A stretch of DNA of 38,814 nt. Source: Nitrospirota bacterium (GTDB lineage: Bacteria > Nitrospirota > Thermodesulfovibrionia > Thermodesulfovibrionales > Dissulfurispiraceae). The position numbers were made by a program, and so were the translations under genes. The notes under the pieces are model-generated. The model worked only from the letters and a program-made list of their open reading frames with translations, ran no database searches and had not been told where the DNA came from. Location of the stretch: positions 1-38,814 of the forward strand of contig JBFMCP010000032.1 in NCBI GenBank assembly GCA_040754455.1, given 5' to 3'. Positions 1 to 10,079 of the stretch are shown piece after piece (the first letter of the stretch is position 1; each line of letters opens with the position of its first letter).

Positions 1-110
1 GCAAGCACTTTCGTGATTGCCGCCGTCAAGGTCGTCTTGCCGTGGTCCACATGCCCGATCGTACCTACATTCACATGCGGCTTTACTCTCTCAAATTTTG
101 CCTTGGCCAT
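1..110 (-). CDS. tuf: Elongation factor Tu, 5' part (runs off the window)
   Basis: Manual translation from ATG at 110 gives [36 protein letters not shown]. An AGGAGGAG RBS lies upstream, and the gene follows fusA. Confidence 0.97.
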   Translation of the reverse strand, partial: MAKAKFERVKPHVNVGTIGHVDHGKTTLTAAITKVL

Positions 111-161
111 ATCTCCTCCTTACGTAACTCATATAACTTAGTAGAACTTTATAAATCGAAT

Positions 162-2240
162 CTATTCGCCTTTTACCTTTGCAACAATGGCGTCCATAAT
201 GTTCTTCGGTACATCCTCGTAGTGCGAGAACTGCATGGTATAGTTGGCCCTACCCTGCGTCTTTGATCTGAGGTCGGTGGCATAGCCGAACATCTCGGAA
301 AGCGGCACCATCGCCTTGATAACCTGCGAGTTCGCACGCTTTTCCATGGACTGTATCTTGCCGCGCCGTGAGTTCAGGTCACCGATGACATCGCCCATGT
401 ATTCTTCAGGGGTCACGACCTCTACGCTCATGATCGGCTCGAGCAGCGCAAGCTGCGCCTTCTTCGCCCCCTCTTTCAGCGCCATCGATCCCGCAATTTT
501 AAAGGCCATTTCCGAAGAGTCGACTTCATGGTAGGACCCGTCGATGAGCGTTACCTTGGCATCAACGAGCGGATAACCGGCAAGCACGCCGCCTTCCATC
601 GCCTCCTTCACTCCCTTTTCCACGGCAGGGACATACTCTTTTGGGATAGCACCGCCGACGATCTTGTTGACAAATTCAAATCCCTTTCCCCTTTCAAGGG
701 GCTCTATATCGATCCAGACATGTCCATACTGACCACGGCCGCCGGACTGCCGTACAAACTTTCCTTCCACCTTCGCGGGCTTCTTGATCGTCTCCTTGTA
801 GGCAACCTGGGGCTTGCCCACATTTGCGCCAACCTTGAACTCCCTCAGGAGCCGGTCGACAATGATTTCAAGATGGAGCTCACCCATTCCCGCTATGATC
901 GTCTGTCCTGTTTCTTCGTTATAGGAGACCCTGAACGAGGGGTCTTCCTGCGCAAGCTTTGCAAGGGAGAGCGAAAGCTTCTCCTGATCGGCTTTGGTCT
1001 TCGGCTCAATCGCAACCGATATAACAGGCTCGGGGAACTCGATGGACTCGAGAACAACGGGATTATTTTCATCGCAGAGGGTATCTCCGGTCAGGGTGCT
1101 CTTCAAGCCGACAATTGCGGCAATATCACCTGCCCTGACCTCCTTGATTTCCTCACGCTTGTTCGCGTGCATCTTGAGAAGCCTGCCGATTCTTTCCTTA
1201 ACATCCTTCTTTGAGTTGTAGACATAGGAACCGGCACTCAATACGCCAGAATACACTCTCACAAAGGTGAGCTGCCCGACAAAGGGATCGGTCATGATCT
1301 TGAAGGCGAGAGCAGCAAAGGGCTCATCGTCCGATGCCCTCCGCTCAACTTCGGTATTGTCTACGGGATTGATCCCCTTAATCGGGGGAACATCCAGTGG
1401 AGAGGGAAGGTAATCAACAACTGCATCGAGCAGGAGTTGAACGCCTTTGTTCTTGAAGGCCGATCCGCACAGTACAGGGGTGATTTGCAGCGATACGGTC
1501 CCCTTCCGCAGGGCCTTTTTTATTTCATCTGCCGAGATCGGCTCGCCGGAGAGATATTTCTCCATAATCGTCTCATCGACATCGGCAAGCGTCTCGAGCA
1601 TTTTTTCTCTATATTCCTTGGCCTTGTCGACTAGCTCGGCCGGGATATCGTCTTCGACATATTTTGCACCGAGGGTCTCATCATCAAAGAAGAAGCCCCG
1701 CATGGTGATCAGGTCAATGGAGCCCCTCAGCTTGTCCTCACTGCCGATAGGTATCTGGACCGGGACAGGTCGTGCACCCAGTTTCTCCACCATGCTGTTT
1801 ACCGCCATATAGAAATCGGCACCGACGCGGTCCATTTTATTCATAAAGGCGATCCTCGGCACGCCGTACTTGGTAGCCTGCCTCCAGACCGTTTCGGACT
1901 GGGGCTCAACACCGGCAACGGCATCAAACACGGCAACCGCGCCGTCAAGCACTCTCAGCGACCGCTCCACCTCGATGGTAAAGTCAACGTGGCCGGGAGT
2001 ATCTATAATATTGATGCGGTGGTCCTTCCATGAGCAGGTGGTTGCAGCCGAGGTTATGGTGATGCCTCTTTCCTGCTCCTGGACCATCCAGTCCATGACC
2101 GCCGTGCCGTCATGGACCTCGCCGATCTTGTACGTAACACCTGTATAATAGAGTATGCGCTCGGTCGTCGTTGTCTTACCGGCATCGATATGCGCCATAA
2201 TGCCGATATTGCGCGTTTTTTCTAATGGGAATCGTGACAT
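162..2240 (-). CDS. fusA: Elongation factor G
   Basis: [29 protein letters not shown] and NKMD GTPase motifs; 692 aa; str operon position. Confidence 0.99.
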   Translation of the reverse strand: MSRFPLEKTRNIGIMAHIDAGKTTTTERILYYTGVTYKIGEVHDGTAVMDWMVQEQERGITITSAATTCSWKDHRINIIDTPGHVDFTIEVERSLRVLDGAVAVFDAVAGVEPQSETVWRQATKYGVPRIAFMNKMDRVGADFYMAVNSMVEKLGARPVPVQIPIGSEDKLRGSIDLITMRGFFFDDETLGAKYVEDDIPAELVDKAKEYREKMLETLADVDETIMEKYLSGEPISADEIKKALRKGTVSLQITPVLCGSAFKNKGVQLLLDAVVDYLPSPLDVPPIKGINPVDNTEVERRASDDEPFAALAFKIMTDPFVGQLTFVRVYSGVLSAGSYVYNSKKDVKERIGRLLKMHANKREEIKEVRAGDIAAIVGLKSTLTGDTLCDENNPVVLESIEFPEPVISVAIEPKTKADQEKLSLSLAKLAQEDPSFRVSYNEETGQTIIAGMGELHLEIIVDRLLREFKVGANVGKPQVAYKETIKKPAKVEGKFVRQSGGRGQYGHVWIDIEPLERGKGFEFVNKIVGGAIPKEYVPAVEKGVKEAMEGGVLAGYPLVDAKVTLIDGSYHEVDSSEMAFKIAGSMALKEGAKKAQLALLEPIMSVEVVTPEEYMGDVIGDLNSRRGKIQSMEKRANSQVIKAMVPLSEMFGYATDLRSKTQGRANYTMQFSHYEDVPKNIMDAIVAKVKGE

Positions 2241-2255
2241 CAGACCTAAATCTCC

Positions 2256-2726
2256 TTACCACCTGTAGTGAGCAAAAGCCCTGTTCGCTTCCGCCATTTT
2301 ATGAGTATCTTCTCTCTTTTTTACTGAAGTTCCGGTATTGTTGTAAGCGTCCAGCAGCTCGCCCGCTATCCGCTCTTTCATCGTATTTTCCTTGCGCGCC
2401 CGCGCATAGGTGACAATCCATCTCAGGGCAAGAGCAATCTTCCGCTGGGGCCTGACTTCCATGGGGACCTGGTAGGTAGCGCCACCCACCCTCCGCGGCT
2501 TCACTTCAAGGACAGGCTTGACGTTCTCTACTGCCTGCTTAAAGACCTTCAACGGGTCTGCACCCGTCTTATCCTTGAGTATGTCAAAGGCGCCGTAGCA
2601 TATTTTCTCCGCGGTGGACATCTTGCCGTCCTTTAAAAGGACGCTCACGAATCTGCTCACCAGCTTGCTGTTGTATTTGGGATCGGGTAATATCTCCCTT
2701 TTTTCCGCTACTCTTCTTCTTGCCAT
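2256..2726 (-). CDS. rpsG: 30S ribosomal protein S7
   Basis: [11 protein letters not shown] and [15 protein letters not shown] signatures. Confidence 0.99.
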   Translation of the reverse strand: MARRRVAEKREILPDPKYNSKLVSRFVSVLLKDGKMSTAEKICYGAFDILKDKTGADPLKVFKQAVENVKPVLEVKPRRVGGATYQVPMEVRPQRKIALALRWIVTYARARKENTMKERIAGELLDAYNNTGTSVKKREDTHKMAEANRAFAHYRW

Positions 2727-2762
2727 GTACTCTGCTCCAGTATCCTTGTTTTTCGCCGGTTA

Positions 2763-3134
2763 CTATTTCGGCCTCTTGGCACCATACTTGGATCTTCCCT
2801 GCTTCCTGTCGGCAACACCCGCACAATCGAGCGCGCCTCTCAGAATGTGGTACCTGACACCGGGAAGGTCCTTGACCCTGCCGCCTCTGATTAATACGAT
2901 CGAATGCTCCTGAAGGTTGTGCCCCACGCCCGGAATGTATGCGGTGACTTCCATTCCGTTGGTAAGCCTTACCCTCGCCACCTTTCTCAATGCAGAGTTC
3001 GGTTTCTTCGGGGTGGTGGTATACACCCTCGTACACACTCCGCGTTTCTGCGGACAGCTCTTCAAGGCCGGGCTCTTCGTCTTGTGCTCGGCCTGTTTAC
3101 GCCCGTTTCTCACTAATTGTGCAATTGTCGGCAC
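2763..3134 (-). CDS. rpsL: 30S ribosomal protein S12
   Basis: [10 protein letters not shown] and [12 protein letters not shown]. Start reset to GTG at 3134 (MPTIAQLV), which has a GGAGGA RBS just upstream. Confidence 0.99.
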   Translation of the reverse strand: MPTIAQLVRNGRKQAEHKTKSPALKSCPQKRGVCTRVYTTTPKKPNSALRKVARVRLTNGMEVTAYIPGVGHNLQEHSIVLIRGGRVKDLPGVRYHILRGALDCAGVADRKQGRSKYGAKRPK

Positions 3135-3200
3135 TGTTCCTCCAAAACACACTCAACAGTTATTTGCTCAAAAAACTCCGATTTATCGGAAAACCTGTAA

Positions 3201-3229
3201 AGCTTACCAGAGAATTTGTTTTTTGTCAA
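3201..3229 (-). promoter_or_regulatory. Sigma70-type promoter of the str operon
   Basis: TTGACA (3229-3224), 17-nt spacer ending in TGG (extended -10), TAAGCT (3206-3201). Confidence 0.7.
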
Positions 3230-3322
3230 GCATATCCGTGTGGTGACGTGGAATCTCGCCTGACAAGCCAGGAAAGGAAAATATAACACATATGTTTAAA
3301 AAAATAAAGGGATAAGTTTCTG

Positions 3323-3331
3323 TGATATAAT
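3323..3331 (+). promoter_or_regulatory. Possible extended -10 promoter for the birA operon
   Basis: TGaTATAAT in an AT-rich divergent intergenic region; no good -35. Confidence 0.4.
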
Positions 3332-3401
3332 CATGAACAAGACAGCGGGAGAATCTTGCTCCTAACGTTATATTATATCCGTTTTTTGCGTGGCTGTCAC
3401 T

Positions 3402-3530
3402 CAGTGTCGAACAGTGTCAGTGATTTGCGTCGATGCCGGCGTCAATGCCGGCAAGAAACAAGATATGGGTTAAATGCTGATTTCTGACACAATTACTGAC
3501 ACTAAAAACCGACACTGTTTTGCCGACACT
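3402..3530. repeat. Short inverted repeat cluster (CAGTGTC x2 against CYGACAC(T) x4) upstream of birA
   Basis: CAGTGTC at 3402 and 3412; ctgacac/ccgacact at 3484, 3496, 3509 and 3523. Confidence 0.6.
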
Positions 3531-3535
3531 AAACT

Positions 3536-4528
3536 ATGCACGACAAGATAAAAAATGAAGAGCTCATCAAACTTTTGAAGCTGGACAGCGACTTCATTTC
3601 CGGGGCTGAAATCGCCAGGGCCCTCGGCGTCACCAGAGCTGCGATATGGAAAAAGATCAAGCTTCTCAAAAAGAGCGGTTATCGCATCGAAACCTCCTAT
3701 TCGAAAGGATACCGCCTCACCCACTCACCCGATCTGTCCATAGAGGAGGTCAGGAATGCACTCTCGGATTCCGGACAGGTGATCGGACGCGAGATACTCT
3801 TCTTTGATACGATCGGTTCCACCAACACGCTGGCATCGGAATACGCGGGCAAAGACTGTCCCGAGGGCACGGTGATCATAGCGGAGCACCAGACCGGCGG
3901 CAGAGGAAGGCGCGGGCGGGTGTGGGCATCCCCTCCGGGAGCGAATATTTACATGAGTATCATTGTGCGGCCTTCCCTTTGCCCTCGTGACGCCTCGCTC
4001 CTTACGCTCATGACTGCCGTCGCCTGCGCCGCGGCCGTACGAAAGCTCTCTCCAATTCCCGTCTCGATAAAATGGCCCAACGACATCATGGTCACCGACA
4101 AAAAGCTGGGAGGGATCCTTACCGAAATGAAAGCGGATATGGAGCGGATATCGTATGCCGTGTTAGGGATCGGCCTCAACATTAATCTCGACCGTGCCGA
4201 TATGCCCGATGAGATCAAGGCACTCGCAACTTCTGTCAAAAGCGAGACCGGCAATGCCGCTTCGAGAACGTCCTTTATTATTGAAATATTGAAGGAGCTT
4301 GAACATTGGTATGCACTGCTGCTGAGAGAGGGAAGAGCCCCGGTTATAAAGGAGTGGCTGCGTCTTTCCTCCACCATAGGGAGAACCGTTACGGTATCGA
4401 CAAATGCCGACCGGTTCACCGGTATTGCCGAGGGGATCGATGACGAAGGCATGCTCATCCTGAGGCTCCCCGACCAGTCGACAAGGACCATAAACTCAGG
4501 GGATGTCGTCTATGCCCGCAGCTCATAG
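3536..4528 (+). CDS. birA: Bifunctional biotin--[acetyl-CoA carboxylase] ligase / biotin repressor
   Basis: N-terminal HTH (SGAEIARALGVTRAAIWKKI), QTGGRGRRGRVW, KWPND, KLGGIL. Confidence 0.96.
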   Translation: MHDKIKNEELIKLLKLDSDFISGAEIARALGVTRAAIWKKIKLLKKSGYRIETSYSKGYRLTHSPDLSIEEVRNALSDSGQVIGREILFFDTIGSTNTLASEYAGKDCPEGTVIIAEHQTGGRGRRGRVWASPPGANIYMSIIVRPSLCPRDASLLTLMTAVACAAAVRKLSPIPVSIKWPNDIMVTDKKLGGILTEMKADMERISYAVLGIGLNINLDRADMPDEIKALATSVKSETGNAASRTSFIIEILKELEHWYALLLREGRAPVIKEWLRLSSTIGRTVTVSTNADRFTGIAEGIDDEGMLILRLPDQSTRTINSGDVVYARSS

Positions 4529-4577
4529 CTGACGGCTCATTGCATGCTCACCACTTCTTCATCATGAGCCATCAGTC

Positions 4578-5408
4578 ATGAATTGCGAGCTGAAGAAAAT
4601 TCTTCTCACGATTGATATCGGGAACTCTACGATCGGGCTCGGTCTTTTCCCCGAGCCGGAGAAGGACGGCAATATCTTTATAAAGAAAATACCAGCCTAT
4701 CCAGCCAGAACAGCAGCACATTACAAAAAGGTTATCACTGCCTTCATCAAGAAGAACATCGCCATCAGCCATGAGCCATCAGTGTTCATCGATGCGGTCA
4801 TCTCATCCGTTGTCACCGCCCTCACCGGGCCGATAAGAGAGGCGGTCAGAGATATCTGCGGAAAGCGGCCGCTCACAGTGAGCCATAAAATAAAGAGCGG
4901 GCTGACCTTTGAGGTGCTGCAGCCCGGAAAAGTCGGCGCCGACAGGATCGCCAATGCCGTGGGAGGTTACCATGCTGCCGGCGGACCGGCGGCAGTCGTG
5001 GACTTCGGCACGGCAACGACCATGACTGTCGTCGGGGAAAATGCACGGTTCCTCGGAGGGGTCATTATGCCGGGACTCCAGCTCATGCAGAAAGCCCTTG
5101 CGCAGGAGACCGCGAGACTGCCCCGGGTTCCCCTTACCGCTCAGCAGGCGGTCCTCGGCAGGGATACGGCATCTGCCATACGCTCGGGCATCATCCACGG
5201 CACGGCAGGCGCTGTGGAGACACTCCTCAAAAAAATAGAGAAAGAGCTCGGCTATAAAGTACAATTAGTGCTGACGGGGGGAAATGCGAAATTACTGTCC
5301 CCCTTGATGGAAAGAAGACATTTGTTTATCCCCCCACTTACCTTTCAGGGGCTCAGATTGATATACTTAAGTAACCGGGGGCTTCGCCCTTCGCTTCATA
5401 AACCATAG
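4578..5408 (+). CDS. coaX: Type III pantothenate kinase
   Basis: IDIGNS, GADR, VVDFGTATT, GGVIMPG and TGG motifs; usual position after birA. Confidence 0.95.
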   Translation: MNCELKKILLTIDIGNSTIGLGLFPEPEKDGNIFIKKIPAYPARTAAHYKKVITAFIKKNIAISHEPSVFIDAVISSVVTALTGPIREAVRDICGKRPLTVSHKIKSGLTFEVLQPGKVGADRIANAVGGYHAAGGPAAVVDFGTATTMTVVGENARFLGGVIMPGLQLMQKALAQETARLPRVPLTAQQAVLGRDTASAIRSGIIHGTAGAVETLLKKIEKELGYKVQLVLTGGNAKLLSPLMERRHLFIPPLTFQGLRLIYLSNRGLRPSLHKP

Positions 5409-5471
5409 GGAATAGAGGGGGTTGTGTTCTCTGAGAAGATTCCCGAACCTTTTTAAGGAGGCCTGCTTCTT

Positions 5472-5912
5472 ATGCTGATCAAGAAAATTCTTTTCCCGAC
5501 CGATTTTTCCGAAGGCGCACGGAGTGCGCTCCCCTATGCCGTCGATTTCGCAAAGAGCTGCAGTGCAAAGCTCTACATGCTGCATGTCATTTATGATATC
5601 GCCACCGCTTCAGGCCTCTATGTGCCCCACGTTTCGGTCGACGAGATGTACAAGGAGCTCGAGGCAGGCGCCCGTAAAGAGCTCGAGAAGTTCGGCGCCG
5701 AGGAACGGATGGACATCAGAAACATCGAGTACGCTGTGCTTCGTGGCGTTCCCTATGATGAGATTCTGAAATACGCAAAAGAGCAGGCAATCGATCTCAT
5801 CGTCATCGGCACCCACGGCAGAAAGGGCCTCGATCGCTTTCTCTTCGGCAGCACCGCAGAAAAGGTCGTCCGGTATGCGCCGTGCCCCGTGTTGACCGTA
5901 CGGGGGCAGTAG
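5472..5912 (+). CDS. Universal stress protein (UspA family)
   Basis: ILFPTDFS, DLIVIGTHGRKG, FGSTAEKVVRYAPCPVLTV. Confidence 0.95.
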   Translation: MLIKKILFPTDFSEGARSALPYAVDFAKSCSAKLYMLHVIYDIATASGLYVPHVSVDEMYKELEAGARKELEKFGAEERMDIRNIEYAVLRGVPYDEILKYAKEQAIDLIVIGTHGRKGLDRFLFGSTAEKVVRYAPCPVLTVRGQ

Positions 5913-5926
5913 TCGAGGCAACAGAC

Positions 5927-5964
5927 TACAAGAGAGACTCCTTTATCTTCGAGTCTCTCTTGTA
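5927..5964. terminator. Perfect 14-bp stem-loop after usp (terminator or processing/stability hairpin)
   Basis: TACAAGAGAGACTC (5927-5940), 10-nt loop, GAGTCTCTCTTGTA (5951-5964); no strong U-tract. Confidence 0.5.
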
Positions 5965-5979
5965 TCGATCTCCCCCATC

Positions 5980-7116
5980 ATGCTGAGCACCAATGTCCTC
6001 ATTATAGGCGGCGGGCCTGCCGGAGCTACCGCCGCACGGTTTCTTGCTGAAAACGGCATCGAAACCATTCTTCTGGAAAGAGACCTGTCGTATAAGAAGC
6101 CCTGCGGTGGCGGCATTCCCTCCTCTGCATTCGACGAGCTGGATATCCCCCGCAGCATCATCAAAAAAGAGATCCGGAAGATCAGAATTATCTCTCCCGG
6201 CGGAGATGATTTCGAGATCGCATTGAAAGGCGGCTGCATTGCTATCACGGACAGGGGAGACCTCGACTCTGCTCTCAGGGCAATGGCCCACGGCAGAGGG
6301 GCCGAACTGATCGAGGGGACCTTCGTCAGGTTTACCGCAACGGGGAGGAAAGTCATCTCTCTCATAAGGAACAGAGTAACAAACGAAGAGACGACGATAC
6401 AGTCCGATTACGTTATTGCCGCTGATGGTATCACCTCACGGGCGGGCTCCCAGCTCAAGGCGCCGTCACCCCATCATATCTTTACAATAAGCGCACATAT
6501 ACCACCCGCCGGTTTCGACTGCTGCGAATTCTGGTTCGGCTCAGGTCACGCCTCCCGCTTTTATTCCTGGGTCTTTCCCTCCTCGGAGTTCGCTTCGATA
6601 GGAACGGGCAGTAGCCGTTCCCGTGAGCTTACCCGGCTGCTGGATCGCTTCATCAGGAGGCGGTTTAATAGCTCTCTGAGGAATTTTGCTGCAGATACTC
6701 GTATGGAAAAACCGAGGGCCTTTAAAATACCAGTGTGGAATAAAACGCTTTTTAATAGAGATAATGTCCTCTTTGCCGGCGATACAGCGGGCACGGTCAT
6801 GCCCGTAACCTATGAAGGCATTTACTACGCCATGAAGTCAGGTGAATTCGCTGCGCAGGCGCTCATCGAAAAAAAACCTGAAAATTACAAACGGCTCTGG
6901 AACAGCAGATTTCGCACACGTTTTCTTCTCATGAGCAAAATCAACCACCTTCTGTTCAAGGACGATGAGACCATCGAGAAATGGGTGCAGCTCCACAAAA
7001 AGCCCGAGGTGCAGGAGATCGCGATGAAATTATGGCTCGAGAAGAAAAAGGGGAACGCGTACCTCCTTCCGTATGTAAATGTCTTCAAGCATATTTTGAA
7101 ATTCAAGTTGACCTGA
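5980..7116 (+). CDS. Geranylgeranyl reductase family FAD oxidoreductase (ChlP/BchP-like)
   Basis: GGGPAG FAD motif, KPCGGGIP, IAADG, FYSWVFP, EGIYYAMKSG. Confidence 0.88.
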   Translation: MLSTNVLIIGGGPAGATAARFLAENGIETILLERDLSYKKPCGGGIPSSAFDELDIPRSIIKKEIRKIRIISPGGDDFEIALKGGCIAITDRGDLDSALRAMAHGRGAELIEGTFVRFTATGRKVISLIRNRVTNEETTIQSDYVIAADGITSRAGSQLKAPSPHHIFTISAHIPPAGFDCCEFWFGSGHASRFYSWVFPSSEFASIGTGSSRSRELTRLLDRFIRRRFNSSLRNFAADTRMEKPRAFKIPVWNKTLFNRDNVLFAGDTAGTVMPVTYEGIYYAMKSGEFAAQALIEKKPENYKRLWNSRFRTRFLLMSKINHLLFKDDETIEKWVQLHKKPEVQEIAMKLWLEKKKGNAYLLPYVNVFKHILKFKLT

Positions 7117-7892
7117 TGGCGAAAAAACATCTCGGACAAAATTTCCTCTTTGACCCCTCGATCCTGACAAGAATCGTAGAAGCAGCAGGCATCAGTGCGG
7201 AGGATACGGTGGTTGAAATCGGTCCCGGCCACGGCAGTCTGACCAAGCTGCTGGCCCTTGCAGCTCGCAAGGTGATCGCCATAGAGCTCGATCCCGAGCT
7301 CTATCAGAAGCTGAGCGAAGACCCCCTCCTCCCCAACAATGTTACACTCGTCTTCAATGATGCCCTCAAATATCGCTATGAGGAGCTGGAATCGTTCAAG
7401 GTCGTCGCCAACATTCCTTACTATATAACCACTCCCCTCATCTTCAGGCTCCTCGATGCAAAAAAGCACATCACCTCCATGACGTTTACCATACAACGGG
7501 AAGTAGCCGAGCGTATCGTTGCCTCTCCGGGCACAAAAGATTACGGAGCGCTCTCCATAGGCGTACAGTTTTATGCGACTCCCCGTATTGAATTTATCGT
7601 TCCCCGCGGCGCCTTCAGACCGATTCCCAAAGTCGATTCCGCAGTGGTCCATATACAGATCCTCGATAAGCCGAGGGTCGAGGTAAGAGATGAGAAGCTC
7701 TTCTTCAAAGTTGTAAAGACCGCCTTTGCACAGCGAAGGAAGACCCTATCTAATGCATTGAAGCCGCTCTCGAAGGACATACGGGAAATGCTCGCTGAGG
7801 CAGGGATAGATCCCATCAGGAGGGCTGAAACGCTGAGCATCGAGGAGTTTGCGAAGCTCGCAGATCATCTCTCAAAGAGACTGTCACAATAG
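7116..7892 (+). CDS. rsmA: 16S rRNA m6,2A1518/1519 dimethyltransferase
   Basis: KKHLGQNFL, VVEIGPGHG, VVANIPYYIT, PKVDSAV, FAQRRKTL. The start ATG at 7116 overlaps the upstream TGA. Confidence 0.97.
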   Translation: MAKKHLGQNFLFDPSILTRIVEAAGISAEDTVVEIGPGHGSLTKLLALAARKVIAIELDPELYQKLSEDPLLPNNVTLVFNDALKYRYEELESFKVVANIPYYITTPLIFRLLDAKKHITSMTFTIQREVAERIVASPGTKDYGALSIGVQFYATPRIEFIVPRGAFRPIPKVDSAVVHIQILDKPRVEVRDEKLFFKVVKTAFAQRRKTLSNALKPLSKDIREMLAEAGIDPIRRAETLSIEEFAKLADHLSKRLSQ

Positions 7893-7893
7893 G

Positions 7894-7960
7894 GAGTCAG
7901 AGCGTCAAAGTACCGATTATTTATATCTTTTCGACCTTTGACTCTTTGACGCTCTGACTC
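7894..7960. terminator. 17-bp perfect inverted repeat between the convergent rsmA and cytochrome genes
   Basis: GAGTCAGAGCGTCAAAG (7894-7910) and CTTTGACGCTCTGACTC (7944-7960), with extra degenerate octamer units. Confidence 0.6.
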
Positions 7961-7980
7961 TTTCTGACCTCACAAAACAG

Positions 7981-9186
7981 CTAACGCTCTAATGTCACCC
8001 GCTTCGTCACCTTGTGGATCGGCACCTTATTTTCAGGCACCTGGAGCTCATAGTTAAGGTCGACGGTGACATCGACGGTCGTGACGCCCTCGGGAAGCTT
8101 GATCTGGAAGGTCTCGTCCTTCGATGCGTACGGTTGAAGCGCTGTGTCCCTTACATACGATGCCTTGTTCTGGGCGCCGTAGACCATCTTCGAATCCAGG
8201 CAGGTCGTTGCCTGGGTATGATAATGCCGCTCATCCTTAAAAATTTCTTTACCGTCCGGCGTCTTTGCGGTCACTTCCATGACCACTCTGTTGTGGGACG
8301 GTCAACCGTCGGGGATTCTGTGTCCGCCGGTATGGCTGATCTTCGTATTCACCACCACCATCGGGTGAAGGTCTTTCGCCTTTCTCAGCCAGGAATAGCC
8401 CAGCGTCTGCACGTCGAGAGTCACTGCTTTCTTGAGCAGCTCAGAGGAGTGTGCTTTATCATCCCAGTTCGGGGCGATGAGGTGGTCGGCCTTGCCTTTG
8501 ACCTTGGGCATATGGCATTCCTGGCACGACTGGAACCCTCCGTGGGAGAGATAATTGTGCTGGTAGCTCCCGTAGAGCGTCGCGCACTGCACCGGGTTCT
8601 CAAATTCGAAATTGGGCCCCGTTCCATGGCACTGGCCGCAGAAGATGGACTGGTCCATCACCGTACTCTTCTTCACTTTTGTAAAGACTTTATCCGGATG
8701 CGAGGGAATATCCTTCGTACTGTAGATCACATCCTTTTCGGGCTTGCCGAGCTGCATCCGGTGGATAATCGCCTTCTCGTTGTGGCAGACGAGACAGGTA
8801 ATCTGAAGTTTGCCGACCTTCCCCTTATCCCCGGCCAGCAACGCCTCGGTCAACTCGACGGCAAAAGAATCCTCGGCAGAAGTTAATGCCTGCGGAAGAT
8901 GGCACTTGAAGCAAGGGAAGTTCTTCATTGTCGCCTGCTTCGGGTCCTTCGGAGCAAAGGGGCTGCCCTTCACCACAGGAACAAGCATCAGGCCGCCAGC
9001 GACCCCCATGAGCGGGCGGGCGTGGTGCGACTTCTCCCATTGAGCATAGATTTCCGCATGGCAGGCCTTGCACCGAGACGAATCGTACATCTTCGCCAGT
9101 TCATCGATCGACTTCGCCTTCTCCGCGTTCACCGCCAAAGGCAAAGCGATGAGAAGGACAGCAAGAATCACAACAACTGCTCTCAT
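7981..9186 (-). CDS. Periplasmic pentaheme c-type cytochrome selenoprotein (ExtKL/MccSep-like), 401 aa with Sec at codon 295
   Basis: Signal peptide and five CxxCH motifs (CKACH, CFKCH, CLVCH, CGQCH, CQECH). ORF 8302-9186 ends HRIPDG-TGA and continues in frame (PSHNR) into ORF 7981-8286. A SECIS-like hairpin directly follows the TGA. Confidence 0.88.
8267..8286 (-). promoter_or_regulatory. Bacterial SECIS-like hairpin
   Basis: mRNA GUGGUCAU-GGAA-GUGACCGC forms an 8-bp stem (two G-U pairs) with a G-initiated loop that begins after 23 nt downstream of the UGA at 8304-8302. Confidence 0.78.
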
Positions 9187-9266
9187 ACCTCCTCCTTTCG
9201 ATATACCTTGTTTCTGACAACTTCCCCGGTCCGAATGTCTGAAGGAACTACTTAGCTTGTAAAAGA

Positions 9267-9295
9267 ATTATCCCACTCTTTGGACCGACTTTCAA
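9267..9295 (-). promoter_or_regulatory. Putative sigma70 promoter of the cytochrome gene
   Basis: TTGAAA (9295-9290), 17 nt ending in TGG, GATAAT (9272-9267). A strong GGAGGAGG RBS precedes the ATG at 9186. Confidence 0.5.
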
Positions 9296-9385
9296 GATGT
9301 TTTCTGAAATAACGTTTTCTTATAATCGGACTTACGCGTTTGGCACCAACAGGCACAGACAGGGGAAAGGATGCCAGGGGTGTTC

Positions 9386-10078
9386 TTAACCTTGCTGCAG
9401 ACTTTTGAGCTGACCGCTGCTCATGCTCATCCGGCGTCCGGCCTCCGCAGCGAGCTCGGTATTGTGGGTAACCATGATAAAGGTAGTTCCCCTTTCATGA
9501 TTCATTTGTTTGAAAAACCGGATCATTTCCGCTTCGGTTACTTCATCCAGGTCGCCCGTGGGCTCATCGGCAAGGATAATCGCCGGATCGTTCATGAAAG
9601 CGCGGGCAATGGCCACCCGTCGCTGCTGCCCCCCGGAGAGCTGCGAGGGATAGGCATCGATTCTGTCGCCCAAACCGACCATGTTGAGCAACTCACTTGC
9701 CTTCATGTCACGGTCCTTTGCCGAGCTGTTTTCCTTCGCCGTAAACAATCCGGGCAGCAGAAGGTTCTCCTTTGCCGTAAGCATGGGCAGCAGGCTGGCA
9801 AACTGGAACATGAACCCCACCCGCTCGCAACGGTATGCAGCAAGTGCGTTACTGTCGAGAGTGTAAACATCGGTGTCCTCGAAGAGTATTCTGCCCGAGG
9901 TAGGTTTCACTATGCCCCCGATAAGGGAGAGCAGGGTGGTCTTTCCCGACCCTGAATGGCCGATTATGGAGACGAATTCGCCCTTGTTGACTTCGAGCGA
10001 CACGGCATCAACGGCGGTGACTACCGCATCCCCGATGACGTACTGTTTCGTTACCTTTTCCAGAAGCACCTGGGGCAT
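9386..10078 (-). CDS. ABC transporter ATP-binding protein, LolD/MacB type
   Basis: [31 protein letters not shown]. Confidence 0.95.
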   Translation of the reverse strand: MPQVLLEKVTKQYVIGDAVVTAVDAVSLEVNKGEFVSIIGHSGSGKTTLLSLIGGIVKPTSGRILFEDTDVYTLDSNALAAYRCERVGFMFQFASLLPMLTAKENLLLPGLFTAKENSSAKDRDMKASELLNMVGLGDRIDAYPSQLSGGQQRRVAIARAFMNDPAIILADEPTGDLDEVTEAEMIRFFKQMNHERGTTFIMVTHNTELAAEAGRRMSMSSGQLKSLQQG

Positions 10079-10079
10079 A

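Noticed and set aside
7981..8286. Independent 101-aa gene, or a nonsense pseudogene of the cytochrome
   Set aside because: No RBS, exactly in frame with the upstream ORF, and a single UGA followed by a SECIS-like hairpin. Sec readthrough explains it better.
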